Positions 12,321 through 25,338 of a DNA stretch of 64,000 nt are shown in pieces; the stretch's first letter is position 1; each line of letters opens with the position of its first letter. The translations under genes and the position numbers were made by a program. Origin of the DNA: Octopus sinensis. Lineage: Eukaryota. The notes below the pieces were generated by a model. The model had not been told where the DNA came from and did not search any database. It worked only from the letters and a program-made list of their open reading frames with translations. The DNA lies in NCBI RefSeq assembly GCF_006345805.1, contig NC_043013.1, positions 1,798,001-1,862,000 on the forward strand. The letters are read 5' to 3'.

Positions 12321-12776
12321 AAGGATTTTTTGCGTAATAAGATAAAAAAAAACAAGGCTGTATAGATATTAGAGCATTTATAGATAGAAGGTCTTACAGC
12401 TGTTTCTAGAATATTAATTAATAATTATATCCCTTCATCGGAGACGGTGTGAGAGGAAAAACTAAGTCATAGTTACCTTCGATGTGATACAAAATAGAGA
12501 GTGAGGTGGAGGAAAGAAAATAGATGTAAGATATGTATGGGTATTGAATTTGTAAAACAGTTTTATAGGCATAATGGTATGTATGCAATATTCCAGTATC
12601 CTTTGAGCAAAATCCAAAAGTTCCACAGAGTTTAATATGGGTCCTTCCAAATACACAGTTTATAAGCAATGTAAGATTCCTTTATGAGTGAGATTCAGCA
12701 GATTTTTAAACTTGGTCATTCCCAGTAGGAATCTATACAACCTTGGTTTTTTTATCTTGTTACGCAAAAGATTCTT
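12321..12776 (-). mobile_element. Penelope-like terminal fragment with inverted ends
   Basis: Hammerhead inside; about 45-bp imperfect inverted repeats 12321-12366 / 12732-12776; TA runs flank it. Confidence 0.55.
12390..12447 (-). ncRNA. Hammerhead variant (CCGAUGA core)
   Basis: GUCU-CCGAUGA-A-GGGAUAU..AUAUUCU-A-GAAAC-AGCU-GUA^AGAC. Confidence 0.55.
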
Positions 12777-12904
12777 ATATACACACGCTGAAGGGAACCA
12801 ACGTTGAACCCTTTATTCGGAATATTACCGAATCTGGAACTTAACTATGGTCTGTCTATAGCACTTATTCAGCATTACCTGACATCTTTGGGTCTCAATG
12901 ACAC

Positions 12905-12982
<78 letters not shown>

Positions 12983-13150
12983 TATACATATACATACATG
13001 CATACATATATGCATACATACATGCATACATACATGCATACATACATACATACATACATACATACATACATACATACATACATACATACATTCATACATA
13101 CATACATACATACATACATACATACCTATACATACATGCATATATATATA

Positions 13151-13181
<31 letters not shown>

Positions 13182-13209
13182 GTGTGTGTATGTATGTATG
13201 TATGTATAT

Positions 13210-13255
<46 letters not shown>

Positions 13256-13629
13256 ATATGTATATATGTATGTATGTGTGTGTGTGTATGCATGCATGCA
13301 TGCTTGTATGTATGTATGTGTATGTATGCAGAAGCACTGTGGTGTAGAAAAGGTTCTACTGATGATGATGATGATGATGATGATGACGATGTCGAGGACG
13401 ACGACGAATAATGACGGTGATTATGTGGAGAAGGAATAAGAGGAAGAAGAGAAAGAGGGGCAGGATGGAAAGAAAAGAGAGGAGAGGAGCAGAGGGAGGG
13501 GAGGGAGAGAAGAAGCAGGTGTGACAACGATATTGATCTTCCTATGACGGTATTTACTGTTTATTGTTAATGGCCTTCTTGGTATTTTGTTGCTGTTATT
13601 TAATCGTAGGTAATACTGAGTGAGCAGAC

Positions 13630-14570
13630 ATTATTATTATTTATTATTATGGCCGGGTTCCAGCCCGGGCCGCAGCAACAAAATCCACCCACCACACTTC
13701 TCAATCCATCATCGCTGCCTCGAGCTCCTGGATACATTCCCGGTCAGTGTCAGCAATCAAGTTGTCAAGTTGACGACGTTTTCCAAATCTTCTTACATCA
13801 CCAGGAGCTGCTTTCCACAAACTAATCTGGAAGCTTCCAGCTCAGCGTGGCGCATGCAGTGACCAGATAATTGCAGCCATCTTTGCATGATATTCTCGCT
13901 AACTTTCGGCAGGTCTTCATTAAGGCATTCATTTGTCATATGTGGCTGCTATTTCACATTTAGGGCCATTCGTAGCATCCTTGGGTATCATCCATTTAAC
14001 CCGTTTGATAATTTCTTTGCCAGTGTCCATGTTTTACTGTCCTATAACAGCACTGATTTGACAGCTGCAATGTGATTGTGATTCGCTGGAGCAATTTGGA
14101 GTTCCAGACATTCTTTAGTCTGTGAGAGGCTGTCTATGCTTGTGCCTTCCTGATCTTGATGTCTGCTTCCGAACTGCTCATCCAACCACCTAAGTACATG
14201 AAGTCTTTAACAACATTCAATTCGGAACCACTCAAAACAAACAGTTCAGCATCCCTTGATTGGTTGAAAGTCATGTATTCGGTTTTCTTGACATTTGTGT
14301 ACAGTCCAGTTTTGGCAGCTGATGTCTCTACTCTGCTGAGCAGCTGTTGAGCTCGATTTGTTTCATCAGATGCATGTGCTACATCATCTGCGAAGTCCAG
14401 GACTGTGATGCTTACTGCTGGTACTCTCTGCAATCCTTGCCGGTCAAAGGTGAAACCAAGCTCTTCGTCACTGTTGCCTACAGCCTGCCGCAGTGCGTAA
14501 TCCGATACAATTTTGCAAACAGGCAAGGTATAAGCATGTCTCCTTAAAGCACTTCAACTAAGACTCTGCA
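13630..14570 (-). mobile_element. RTE-clade LINE 3' part (RT domains 4-7, C-terminus)
   Basis: GVL*GDML, LDFADD, KKTEYM, FMYLG, LL*DSKTW; (AAT)n tail at about 13630. Confidence 0.85.
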
Positions 14571-14574
14571 AAGA

Positions 14575-15340
14575 ACATGTAGCTGCTATCAATGGTATCC
14601 CAACGAACAATACAGGCTAAAAATACAAACTTCCAAAGCCACTCTTCAAAATACCAACGGCACCATCGAGGAAGCGGAGTTAAATCTAATGATTGATCAC
14701 GTAAGGCAGCAGATGCAAATTCAATGCAAAGGAAAAACTTGAAATTGAGATCAGCGGAAGGAAAGCAGCAAAGCCGGGCATCGTCCTTGGGAACAGCAGG
14801 GAGGAACGTGTCTTAAAGTGGTATCGACATTTCAGACAATTGCTCGGAAAGTCTCCCCTTGTAAGCAGTGACGATGAAGAGATTCAACCTGTTTTCAACA
14901 ATCTCATATACAGAGCAGGACCCTTTGATTTGGGAGAACTTCACAGTGCCAAAAATAGACTAAAGGAGGGGAAAACTGCAGACTCTGATGGAATTCCACC
15001 TCCGAAGTAATCAAGCGGTGTTATTTTGGATGAAATAGTACTGGATTTTGCGAATAAGATCTTGCAGAACCAAGAAAGTCCAGATCAGTGGTTAGAGATT
15101 GACTTAATACTAATCCCAAAGTAAGAAAAGCTAAGAAATGAAACTGACTACAGAGGAATTGTACTGACCAATAACTCGCTCAAAGTCACCAACCGAATGA
15201 TCCTCAATAGGATTCAATCGGTGCTTGATAGTTATCTGAGACTAAATCTGATAGATTTAGACCAGGGAGATCCACAACATCCCAGATCTTATACCTGAGG
15301 CGTATCACAGGAAGAATTAAATCAAGACAATTACCTCAAA
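14575..15340 (+). mobile_element. RTE-clade LINE upstream part (linker, RT domains 0-2), inverted relative to 13630-14570
   Basis: WYRHFRQLLG, GKTADSDGIP, LIPK, DYRGIVLT, NRMILNRIQ, FRPGRSTTSQILYLRRI. Confidence 0.8.
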
Positions 15341-16540
15341 CCTGGATCGAAGATGTTACATGAATCAAGATTCCGTCTTCTTGTGTGTGTGAGAATATGT
15401 GTGTATGTTAGTGTATGTGTGTATGTGAGAAAGTTGTTTGTTCCTTCTCGATCCATGCCTGGCTCATAAGGGCCGGTTTCCCGGTTTCTTGGCGTACAGG
15501 TTCCCCACCTGGACGGGACGCCGGTCCATCGCAAGATGCAGGAGGAAAGAGTGAGAGAAAGTTGTGGCGAAAGAGTCAGCAGAATTTCGCCATTACCTTC
15601 TGCCGGAGCCGCGTGGAGCTTAGGTGTTTCGCTCATAAACACACAAATCGCCGGGTCTGAGATTCGAACTCTAACCACTAGGCCATGTGCCTCCACTTTG
15701 TGAGAAAGAGAGAGACAGAGACAGAGACAGACAGAGGGTGTATATGTGTGTGTATATGTGTGTGTGTTTCTAGGACTACAACATATATTGTCTAATCTAT
15801 CCTTTAAGGAAGCCAAAGTGTTATTTGAAGGAGATTTGGTTGCTATTTCTAGCATGTCAAGTGACAGTAAACATTTTTTAAGATGCTGGGGTGTGAATTG
15901 AAGCAGATTTAGCTGCTATTTTTTTGCAATAACAGAGAGGCTCCTTGTTATGGTTGCAGTAGCGGCGGCGGCGGCGGTGGTGGTGGTGGTGGTGGTGGTG
16001 GCAGCGGCGGCGGTGTTTGTAATAGTGTTAGTTTTGGTGGTGGAGGAGGAGGTGGTGGCGCTGTTTTGTTGTTATTCTTAATATTATCTATTATTGTTAA
16101 TGTTGCGGAATGCTTTCTTGTGTTTAGTTTTTGCTGTTTTTTTCTCTTGTTGTTGTTGTTGCTATTGTTCTGCATCCTACGCATTTCTCCAAACAAACAC
16201 ACAAACACACGCGCACTCACACATGGCCAGATGCACGGACACACGTTTTCCTTCTCGCCTCTCTTTCTTTCTCTTTCTCTTTCACTTTCCCTCTGTCATT
16301 CTCTTATTTCTAATCTTACGTTTACACACACACACACAGGTACATATGTATGTACATGCATATGTATATGTGTGTGTGTGCATGTGTGTATATGCATATG
16401 CGTATGTGTATATATATGTATAGACATGTATATACACATATACATATACTAATGTATATATATATATATATACACGTATGTGTATATGTATTTGTATATA
16501 TGTATGTATATTCATGAGTATATATATATATATATACGTG

Positions 16541-16579
<39 letters not shown>

Positions 16580-17277
16580 ATATACATGACATTGTCCCTC
16601 TATCATACACTTACACACACACAAATACACGCACACTTACACACACATTTACACGCTTACACACTTACACACACACACACACTTACACACACACACACAC
16701 ACACACAGATGGACCCAGTCGCCAAATAGCTACGAGAGGTGTACAATGAGAAAACCATGCTATAAACACACCCACGCATTTAGGTGTGTATGTGGGTGTG
16801 CTTTCTTTTAACCCTTTCTCCACCTCACCAACACACACACACACGGCCCCATACACACATACAACGTACACGTGCACACACACACATCCTCACACACTCG
16901 CAAACACAATCACACACATTTACATCCCTACACACACACATAACCTTAAGTCTACATACACACATAGGCGCCATATGGCTGTGTGGTTATGAAACTTGCT
17001 TCGCAACCATGTGATCTTGGGTTCTGTCCCACTGCGTGGTACTTTGAGCAAGCATGAATCCCCGGGTTGATTCTATATGATTTCATGTCGGACGAAACTC
17101 TTTACGGTTTTCAGTTCCATCAAATCAACTTTGCTTTTCATTTTTAACATAAAATACGAGACATGGGATCTATCTATCTATCTATCTATTTATCTTTCCA
17201 TCCATCCATCCATCCATCCATCCATCCATCCATCCATCCATCTATCTCTCTATCTATCTATCTATCTATCTATATCC

Positions 17278-17396
17278 TTTTTGATCACTTTTCCGATCCC
17301 TTTTGATCGGAAGTTTATATTTGTTCCCTTTTTTCCTTTTTCATTTTCATTTTCGAAAAGAAAAGCTCTACATTTGTATTTGTTCCCTCTAAAGAG

Positions 17397-17397
<1 letters not shown>
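17278..17397 (+). mobile_element. Short 3' stub of the same Tx1 family inside (TCTA/TCCA)n
   Basis: CGAAAAGAAAAGCTCTACATTTGTATTTGT identical to 7554-7583; microsatellite on both sides. Confidence 0.7.
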
Positions 17398-17490
<93 letters not shown>

Positions 17491-17719
17491 GTATGTATGT
17501 ATGTATGTATGTATTTGACTATTTATTAAAATTTTATGTATTAATTAAGTCTTTCCTTGTTTGTTTTGCAAAATAGTGGTTTTGTCTCGAATAATATTTT
17601 ATATATATATATATATACTTTTTTTTTTTAGTATATATACTAAAATGTTTAACCTTTAAACATTTTCTTTAAAAGAAACTATCCACGTATTGTGCGATTG
17701 TAGTTTTTAGATTTGATTC

Positions 17720-18480
17720 GTTTTTGCCAAGAAGTTGAAGAAAACGGAGAACCAATTCTGTAGGTGGATGTGGAAAATAGACGGTTTGTACAATGGAGGA
17801 CCATGTTTGTATCTGCTGTGGTCAACGATTGGTCAATGTTGATTTGCTAATGGACATTCTGGACAGATAAGTAGAGAAACCAACAGAAAATCTGAAGAAA
17901 TAATTGGGAAGTGATTGAATCACAATGCTACTGCAAAAGGGTAGGATACAGTATTGACTCATAAACTACAGATGGAAGTACATGATGGTTGCTAAATGAG
18001 GTGTCGCTACCAACAATCAATCAATCCGAGTGTTCTGTGGATCAAGAAACTAAAACCATCCATTGTTGTAAAGATCAGCCCCGGTTGATGCAAATATCTC
18101 GTTCGAAGTTGTGACAAAAGAGAACATTTATGCTGAACTGATGCAGAAATTACAGTTTTTGTATCCCAGTTCTATAAATTCTCATTTCTATTTACTATCA
18201 CAAGTGTTCTGGAATCGTTTCCAGAAAATTCGCTGTAAACATTTCTGCTGATGGAAAATTTGCCATGAAGGAGGCATACAAGCAGACTGTCAACTAGATA
18301 ACTCGTTTTAAAGAAATTACCTTTCTCTAATTAGTAGGTTACTTGAGGAAGTTGCCATTTTAAGAAAACAGCTTTTTTTTTTTCAATTTATTATTTTTTT
18401 CTTATTACAATGAATTTTCCTTCGGCAAAAATGTTTGCGGCAAAATTTCCTATGTAAAAGACTTGCTTGAAATCCGGGAA
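17720..18480 (+). pseudogene. Possible very degraded DNA-transposon (MULE/FLYWCH-like) remnant
   Basis: Stop-ridden coding-like tract followed by CGGCAAAAT-type subterminal repeats at about 18420-18450; assignment weak. Confidence 0.2.
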
Positions 18481-18521
18481 ATGTTAAGTCATTTTATGAA
18501 GAAAAAAAAACTAAAACAAAT

Positions 18522-19072
18522 TCAGTCCCACTGCGTGGCACCTTGGGCAAGGGTCTTCTACTATAGCCTCCGGCCGACCAAGGCCTTGTGAGTGGATTTG
18601 GCAGACGGAAACTAAAAGAAGACCGTCGTATATATGTATATGTATATATATAAATATATATTATATTAAATTAGAGATAAAACCACTATTAGGCAAATCA
18701 AACAATGAAAAACATAAGCCAATTGTTTGATTTGCCTAATAGTGGTTTTATCTCTAATTTAATATAATATAATATAATATATATTATGCTATAAAATTGG
18801 ATTTAATCCTAAATCTGATTTTTCCCTGTAAATTTGGATTTATTCCCTAATATTTTATTATATATATATATATATCTGTGTGTGTTTTTGTGTGTCTGTG
18901 TTTGTCACTCCCTCTTCTCAACATCGCTTGACAACCGATGCTTGTTCCCGTAAATTAGCGGCTCGGCAAAAGAGATCGATAGAATAAGTACTAGGGTCGA
19001 TTTGCTCGACTAAAGGCGGTGCTCCAGCATGGCCGCAGTCAAATGACTGAAACAAGTAAAAGAGTAAAGAGA
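18522..19072 (+). mobile_element. SINE-A interrupted by a hairpin insert
   Basis: Head 18522-18630, tail 18885-19072. Confidence 0.85.
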
Positions 19073-19741
19073 GAGTAAATTGATTCTCTTCTTCTGAACG
19101 TAATCAGTTTGAAGTACCAGAAAGACTTGTAAAAATTTCCAAGTGGCAGGCTTTGTTAGTGCGTCGCACAAAATGCTTCGCGAGATTTGTGCCAGCTTTT
19201 AACATTCTGAGTTCAAATCTTGCAGAAGTCAACTTTTGAATTTATCTTTTCAAGTCAATAAAATAATAAACCAATCTCGAAGGTTGAAGAAAATTCTTTG
19301 CAGTGGTTGTTCCGGCTCTTCCCTTTCTGAATCTCTCAAAGAGGTGTGAAGAATTTCTCTGTATTTTGCTGACAACATTTTGTGGAAAATACTCGACGGA
19401 AGCAACGAGAAACCGCATTCGTAAAATCCGAATCGTTTGTTGAGGAAGTTACCAGCGGCTCTGCATCGGTTTGATGGTGAGGAGAGAGAAAGAGAGAGGG
19501 AGAGAGAGTGGGGAGAGAGAATCAGACAGAAAAAAGAATGAAAGAACTGAAGAAGGAAGGAAGGAAGAAAAAGAAAAGAAAGAAACGAAACGAAACGAAA
19601 CGAAACGAAAACTTCTTAAGCATTCTGAAGCAATTCCTAAGTTTCATGTTATGAACATACATACACAATCCCGTGGATGAAGTATACGGCAGATCCACAG
19701 TAAAAGATGCACACACACACACACGACTGCAAGTATATGCG

Positions 19742-19793
<52 letters not shown>

Positions 19794-19913
19794 CACGTAC
19801 TAAGCCACACAGAAGAACTTTGTCACATTGCTTATCTCCGGGTGAATTTGGCAAAGAACTTACAGCTCGAACAGAAGCATTCACACGCAGGTAAGCATGT
19901 ACGTATGTTTGTT

Positions 19914-19961
<48 letters not shown>

Positions 19962-20066
19962 GTGTGTGTGTGTGTGCATAGGTGCGTACATGCGGTCGTA
20001 CGTGCATGCAATGAAAAGGTGATGTAATTAATTATTACATTAATCAGCATATTTTAATTACAAACA

Positions 20067-20236
20067 TAGGCGCGGACGTGGCTGTGTGGTAAGATGTTTG
20101 CTTTTCAAAAACATGGTTCGGGTTCAGTCTCGCTGTGTGGCTCCTTGGGAAAATATATTTTACTAAAGCCTCGGGCCGATCAAAGTCTTGTGAGTGGATT
20201 TGGTAGATGCCAACTGAAAGAAGCGTGCCGTATACA
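20067..20236 (+). mobile_element. SINE-A 5' half
   Basis: Family match. Confidence 0.8.
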
Positions 20237-20578
20237 TATTTATATAACGGACAGAGTCAACAACTATTGAAAAGGTCGCAAAACGCAACGAAAATTTTCG
20301 AATAAATAAATGAGTGGAAATCGAACTGGTGAGTGTGTTAAGTAACAAGGCACTAAAAGAGAATGACTCTCCCCAGGCACAGTTATACATATATTTCTAA
20401 AAATTCGCTACCCTATATTTTACGAATATGATTTTAGCAATTTCGAAAGATTAATTCGGCATCTTTTCATTTGCTGCCGGCTGAAACTGCGCTTGCGCGG
20501 TGAATTTGAAAAATTATAATATATATTGATGAGATACGTGTAATTCAGTCTCTAAATTATATGTTAGTGTTTTGGCGT

Positions 20579-20650
20579 AGCCACTGATGAGAACCCCGCC
20601 TAGTAAATTATTTTATTTGCTAATTAGAGTTTGAAACCTAGGTAATGGCT
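20579..20650 (+). ncRNA. Type I hammerhead with palindromic ACCUAGGU helix III
   Basis: AGCCA-CUGAUGA-GAAC..GUUU-GAAAC-CUAG-GUA^A-UGGCU; one extra A in stem I. Confidence 0.55.
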
Positions 20651-20786
20651 GTAAAAAAAAACAAGGTAAAAGTTTTTTGTTTTCACTCCCTTCGAAATGT
20701 GGTTTTGGTCGTTCTGACTGCTCCTTCTAGCGTGTAAGGCTGCCTGTTAAGGGTTGCCTCTTTTGTGTTTAAATGTACACTAATTT

Positions 20787-20844
<58 letters not shown>

Positions 20845-20878
20845 TGTATGTATGTATGTATATACTTCTCAACCAGAA

Positions 20879-20916
20879 CCGTCCGACGAACGGGAACGTG
20901 AAACTCTGAGTAACAG
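20879..20916 (+). ncRNA. Degenerate hammerhead
   Basis: CCGU-CCGACGA-A-CG(GGAA)CG-U-GAAACUC-U-GAGUA^ACAG. Confidence 0.4.
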
Positions 20917-21039
20917 TTTTTGTGATGTCTGTGCATCTTTAGTAATGAAGGATATTACTCTACCTTCGGTATTCGAGTACTATTTTTTCCACCTTGTTAC
21001 ACATTTATATGTTCATTCTGCTGTGTATATATGCGTGTG

Positions 21040-21262
21040 TCTTTGTGTCTGTGTGTTCACCACCGCCGCTTGAAAACCGGTGTTGGTGTGTTTACGTCCC
21101 TTTGAATTGGCGTTTCGGCAAACGGGAGCGATAGAATAAGTATCAGGGAGAAACAGAAAAGAAAGAAACAGTCCTGGGGTCGATTTATTCGACTAAGAAA
21201 TTCTTCGAGGCGGTGCTCCAGCATGGCCAAAGTCCAATGACTGGAACACATAAAAGATAAAG
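21040..21262 (+). mobile_element. SINE-A 3' half
   Basis: Family match. Confidence 0.8.
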
Positions 21263-21955
21263 CAGCGAGCTGGCAGAATCGTTAAGGCGTCGGACAAAAT
21301 GCGTTGCAGCATTTCTTCCGGCCCTTTACGTTCTGAGTTCAAATAACAACCAAGACCAACTTTGCCTTACACCCTTCGAGATCGATAAAATAGAATACCA
21401 GTCAAATACTGGGGTCGATGTGACCTATTTGCTCCTCTCCTCTAAAAGTTCTAGCTTTGTGCTAGAAAAAAAAAAGAAGCAATTTTAACCTCAACCCTAA
21501 TCAGCAGCATACGATTGCTTGATGGAAGAGTTGAACTGGCAGGATTTGAACCTACTTAATTTTATCGACTCAGAATAACGTCTAAGTTCACCGTGATAGG
21601 AATTGAACTCGAAACCTAAAGCGTCATAACTAAATACTGTTAAATAAGTTGCCCGAATCTCTATATAAATTCTGTTGTAATCTAGGCACAAGACCCGAAA
21701 TTTTGGGAGAGGAGGCCAGTTGATCAGGTCAACCTCAGTACGCAACTGGTACTAAATTTATCGACCCTGAAAGGATGAAAGCAAAGTCGACCTGGGTGTA
21801 ATTTGAACTCAGAACGTAAAGACAGATGAAATACTGCTAAGCATTTTGCCCGGCGTGCCAACATTTCTTATTTCTTTCTTGCCCACAAGAGGATAAACAT
21901 AGAGGGGACAAACAAGGACAGACAAAGGGATTAAGTTGATTACATCGACCCCAGA
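21263..21955. mobile_element. SINE-C copies (+ 21263-21465, - 21670-21955)
   Basis: Core GTCGACTTTGCCTTTCATCCTTTCGGGGTCGATAAA..GTACCAGT. Confidence 0.8.
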
Positions 21956-22384
21956 CGTGGGTTCGATTCCTGATGACGCGTTGTATCCTCGAACTAGGCA
22001 TTTTATTTTACTTTGCTCCGATCCACCCAGCTGGCAAGAATGTGTTGTACCTGTAATACAAAAGGGCCGGCCTCATCCCATTCTGTGTCACGCTGAATCT
22101 TTCTGGGAAATTGATTAATGGTACCCGAATCTGGGGAATGCTCAGCCATTGCACGTTAGTTTCACGAGCAGGGGGTTCTGTTGATCGGATCAGCTGAGAT
22201 ACTCATCGCCGTAACCGACGGAGGGCATGTATAAGCCCAGCCACTTAAGAACATCAGATGCTGAGAGAGATTAATCGTATCTCCTTCCGAATGTCGGAAG
22301 GGGAAACGAAACCCTGTCACACGTTTACGGTGTCACTTTTCTCTTTCTCTCTCATTACCTCAATTCGTCGATGAATAAAATAAC

Positions 22385-22862
22385 GACTGCGTGGTAAGAA
22401 GCTTGCTTCCCAACCACATGGTTCCGGGTTCGGTTCCACTGCGTAGCACCTTGGACAGGCGTCCTCCATTATAGACTCGGGTCAACCAAAGCCTTGTGAG
22501 TGAATTTGGTGGACGGAAACTGAAAGAAGCCCGTCGTATATGTCTGTATCTCCCTTTCTCTCTCTCACACACGTGTGTGTGTGTGTGTGCCGTATATATC
22601 TGTATCTCTTTCTCTCACACATATATGTGTGTGTGTATGTATGCGTATGTGTGTCTATGTGTCTGTTCCCCTACTACCGCTTGAGAACCGGGACTAGTTT
22701 GTTTACGTCCCCGTTACTTAGCTGTTCATCAAAAAAAAATCGATGGAATAAATACCAGGCTTAAAAAAAGGTACATGGGATCGATTCACTCGGCTAAAAT
22801 TCCTATTCTTCAAGGCGTTGCTCCAGCATCGCCGCAGTCTAATTACTAAAACAAATAAAAAA
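22385..22862 (+). mobile_element. SINE-A, near full length
   Basis: Head, microsatellite and tail all present. Confidence 0.85.
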
Positions 22863-22905
22863 AAATAACAGATAAAAAGATAAAAATTAAGAAATATGAT
22901 CAAAA

Positions 22906-22911
22906 TTTATT
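22906..22911 (-). terminator. Polyadenylation signal of CBM14 gene
   Basis: AATAAA about 155 nt after the stop codon, following a U-rich 3' UTR. Confidence 0.55.
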
Positions 22912-23064
22912 TGAGGTTGATTTGGAAATCACAAAATACTTTCTGCTGTTTTCACTTGTTCCAAGATCACCGGAAAAATGAAGATTTAAAAAGAAAAAAA
23001 AAAGATGGGGGAAGAAAAGTAAGGTAAAAAAAAAGAAAAGAAAAGAAAGAAGCAAGAGACGAAT

Positions 23065-23261
23065 TCAGGGTCCATCTTTTATCTGTCCGTCCTGATTGGG
23101 CCATGAACAGACTTTATAAACAGGATGAAATACGGTTCCCTGAGCACATTCCATGGGTCCAATACTGACCCCGTTGACACAAAAGTAGAAGGAACCAGTG
23201 TGGTTGGGGTCGGCCACCAGATGGGTTGTGTCTTTGGAGTCGAAATGTCCGCAATTGATTC
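23065..23261 (-). CDS. Exon 3 (terminal) of CBM14 protein: peritrophin-A/ChtBD2 domain
   Basis: Acceptor CCTTTCTCTTTCCAG|, phase 1. INCGHFDSKDTTHLVADPNHTGSFYFCVNGVSIGPMECAQGTVFHPVYKVCSWP matches the CBM14 pattern (P..x..FY.C..G....C..G.VF.P....C.WP). TGA at 23065-23067. The three exons total 393 nt = 130 aa + stop. Confidence 0.9.
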
Positions 23262-23304
23262 CTGGAAAGAGAAAGGAAATTATAAATAATCGATTCAAAT
23301 TTTG

Positions 23305-23900
23305 TAACAAGGACAGCAATTTCAAGGGGCGGGGGAGTAAGTCGATTACATCGACCTCAGTACGCAACAGGTACTTATTTTATCGGTCCCGAAAGGATGA
23401 ACGGCAAAGTCGACCTCGGCGAAATACCGTTCAGCATTTCGTCCAGCGAACTTAACGATTCTGCCAGGTCGCCGCCTCAAAGGAAATTATGAATATTCCT
23501 TTCTACTATAGGCACAAGGCCTGAAATGTGGGGAAGAGGACTAGTCGATCACATCGGCCCCAGTGTTTCACTGATACTTAATTTATCGACCCCGAAAGGA
23601 TGAAAGGCAAAGTCGATCTCGGCGGAATTTGAACTCAGAACATAGCGACAGAGGAAATACCTATTTCTTTACTACCCACAAGGGGCTAAACACAGAGGGG
23701 ACAAATAAGGTAGGACAAAGAGATTAAGTCGATTATATCGACCCCAGTGCGTAACTGGTACTTAGTTTATCGACCCCGAAAGGATGAAAGGCAAAGTCGA
23801 CCTCGGCGGAATTTGAATTCAGAACGTAACTGCAGACGAAATACGGCTACGCATTTCGCCTGGCGTGCTAACGATTCTACCACCTCGCCACCTCGGAAAT
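23305..23900 (-). mobile_element. Head-to-tail SINE-C cluster including a Tx1-tailed variant
   Basis: Three cores; variant tail 23662-23735. Confidence 0.85.
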
Positions 23901-24035
23901 TATAAATAACAAAAACATCACTGACGGTGTTTTATCGCGTTTACACATCTTGTGTTATTCAAGCATTTTACCACTTAGTCAGAGAAAAAAGGACATACCT
24001 TCGGTCTTTTATAGGGCCACCGAGACTAATTAGAA

Positions 24036-24272
24036 CAGTGGTCCTCAAATCCCCATTTTTTTTTTGCCTATGGACCCCTTTGATTTTTATTTTACTCGGA
24101 TGGACCCTCCAAACCATTCGACGTTTTGAAAAATCCTGTTATATTTTCATATTTAAATATTATTAGGAACTGTATGAAAAAAAAAGGGTTGTTAAAATAT
24201 TTATTGCCCATAAATTTTAGTAACAGAATCTTATGCGGACCCCAAAGATCATATGGGTTAAATGGGTCCCGG
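24036..24272. mobile_element. Possible hAT-type MITE remnant
   Basis: Starts CAGTGGTCCTCAA and has repeated GGACCCC motifs; second terminus degraded. Confidence 0.35.
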
Positions 24273-25260
24273 TGGTGCTGTTAAGCCGGGTCACAGATTA
24301 AATAGACGAGGGCGCGGGATTTGAACTTAGAGCGCCAAGAGCCGCAACAGATATTGCAAAGCATTTCGTCGGGTACTCTGTCTATTACATCAGTTCACCA
24401 CCCGATACTCTGCTACATTATTTCATCAACCCCAAACTGAGAGAGAAAAAAGAAAGCAAAAAATGAGTGACAAAGATTTTGGTGGGACTTGAAATCAGGA
24501 CGCTAGGAACCGGAATAAATACCGCAAGGTATCGCTTCCGTTGCAACCAATTCGCTGATGAATCGTTTGTTTCATCTTCTAATTGCTGCATTCACTGGAC
24601 TGCGGCCATACTGGGGCACCCTCACGGAGGGTTTGATTAAACAAATCTACATCAAAACTTATTTTAAAGTCCCTACTTATTCTGTCGGCGTCTGTCGAGC
24701 AGTATCAAGCTGCTGCCAAGTTAAGGGAACGCATACAAACTAACACCGGTTATCAAACAATGTGGGGAGGACAAACACAACAGAAACACAATGATACACA
24801 CATACATGCAGACAGACACACACACATACATATATAATAGATACGATGGGATTCCGTACAGTTTCCAATGCCAAATTCACTCAAAAGAGATGAAAAGTTG
24901 CAGTTTTTGAAGAGAGTGTTTGGAGTGTCGGTGTCTCTCTCATCCTGGGATTCATTTTATCAGTCTCCACAGTCAAACCTTAAAGTTACGGAACATAAAA
25001 GGATAGCATTAGCAACAATACCAGTAATTATAGCGGTGCATACATACGCTCTCTTCATCTCTCTCTCCTTCTCTCTCTCTCTCACACGCACAAAACTCAT
25101 GCATGTGTGTATGTATGTATGCCTGTATGTGTGTATGTATGTATGTATGTATGCACGTATGTATATGTGTGTGTGTGTGTGTATGTATGTAGTTCTCTCG
25201 CACATAGCTGGTATGTAATTGTACATTTGTTTCCATGTATTGTGTAGTGTGTGTAAAAAA

Positions 25261-25338
25261 CATCCTGATGAGGGGAGAGTCAGTTTCGAATACATGAAGT
25301 GTATCGTATTATTTGGCACATCTCCGAAACGGTAGATG
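25261..25338 (+). ncRNA. Type I hammerhead with long loop II
   Basis: CAUC-CUGAUGA-GG-GGAGA..UCUCC-GAAAC-G-GUA^GAUG. Confidence 0.65.

Noticed and set aside
12804-13439. Long ORFs rich in YI/CV/HT dipeptides (also 7605, 9505, 25679, 54870 etc.)
   Set aside because: Translations of (TA)n, (CA)n and (TATG)n microsatellites.
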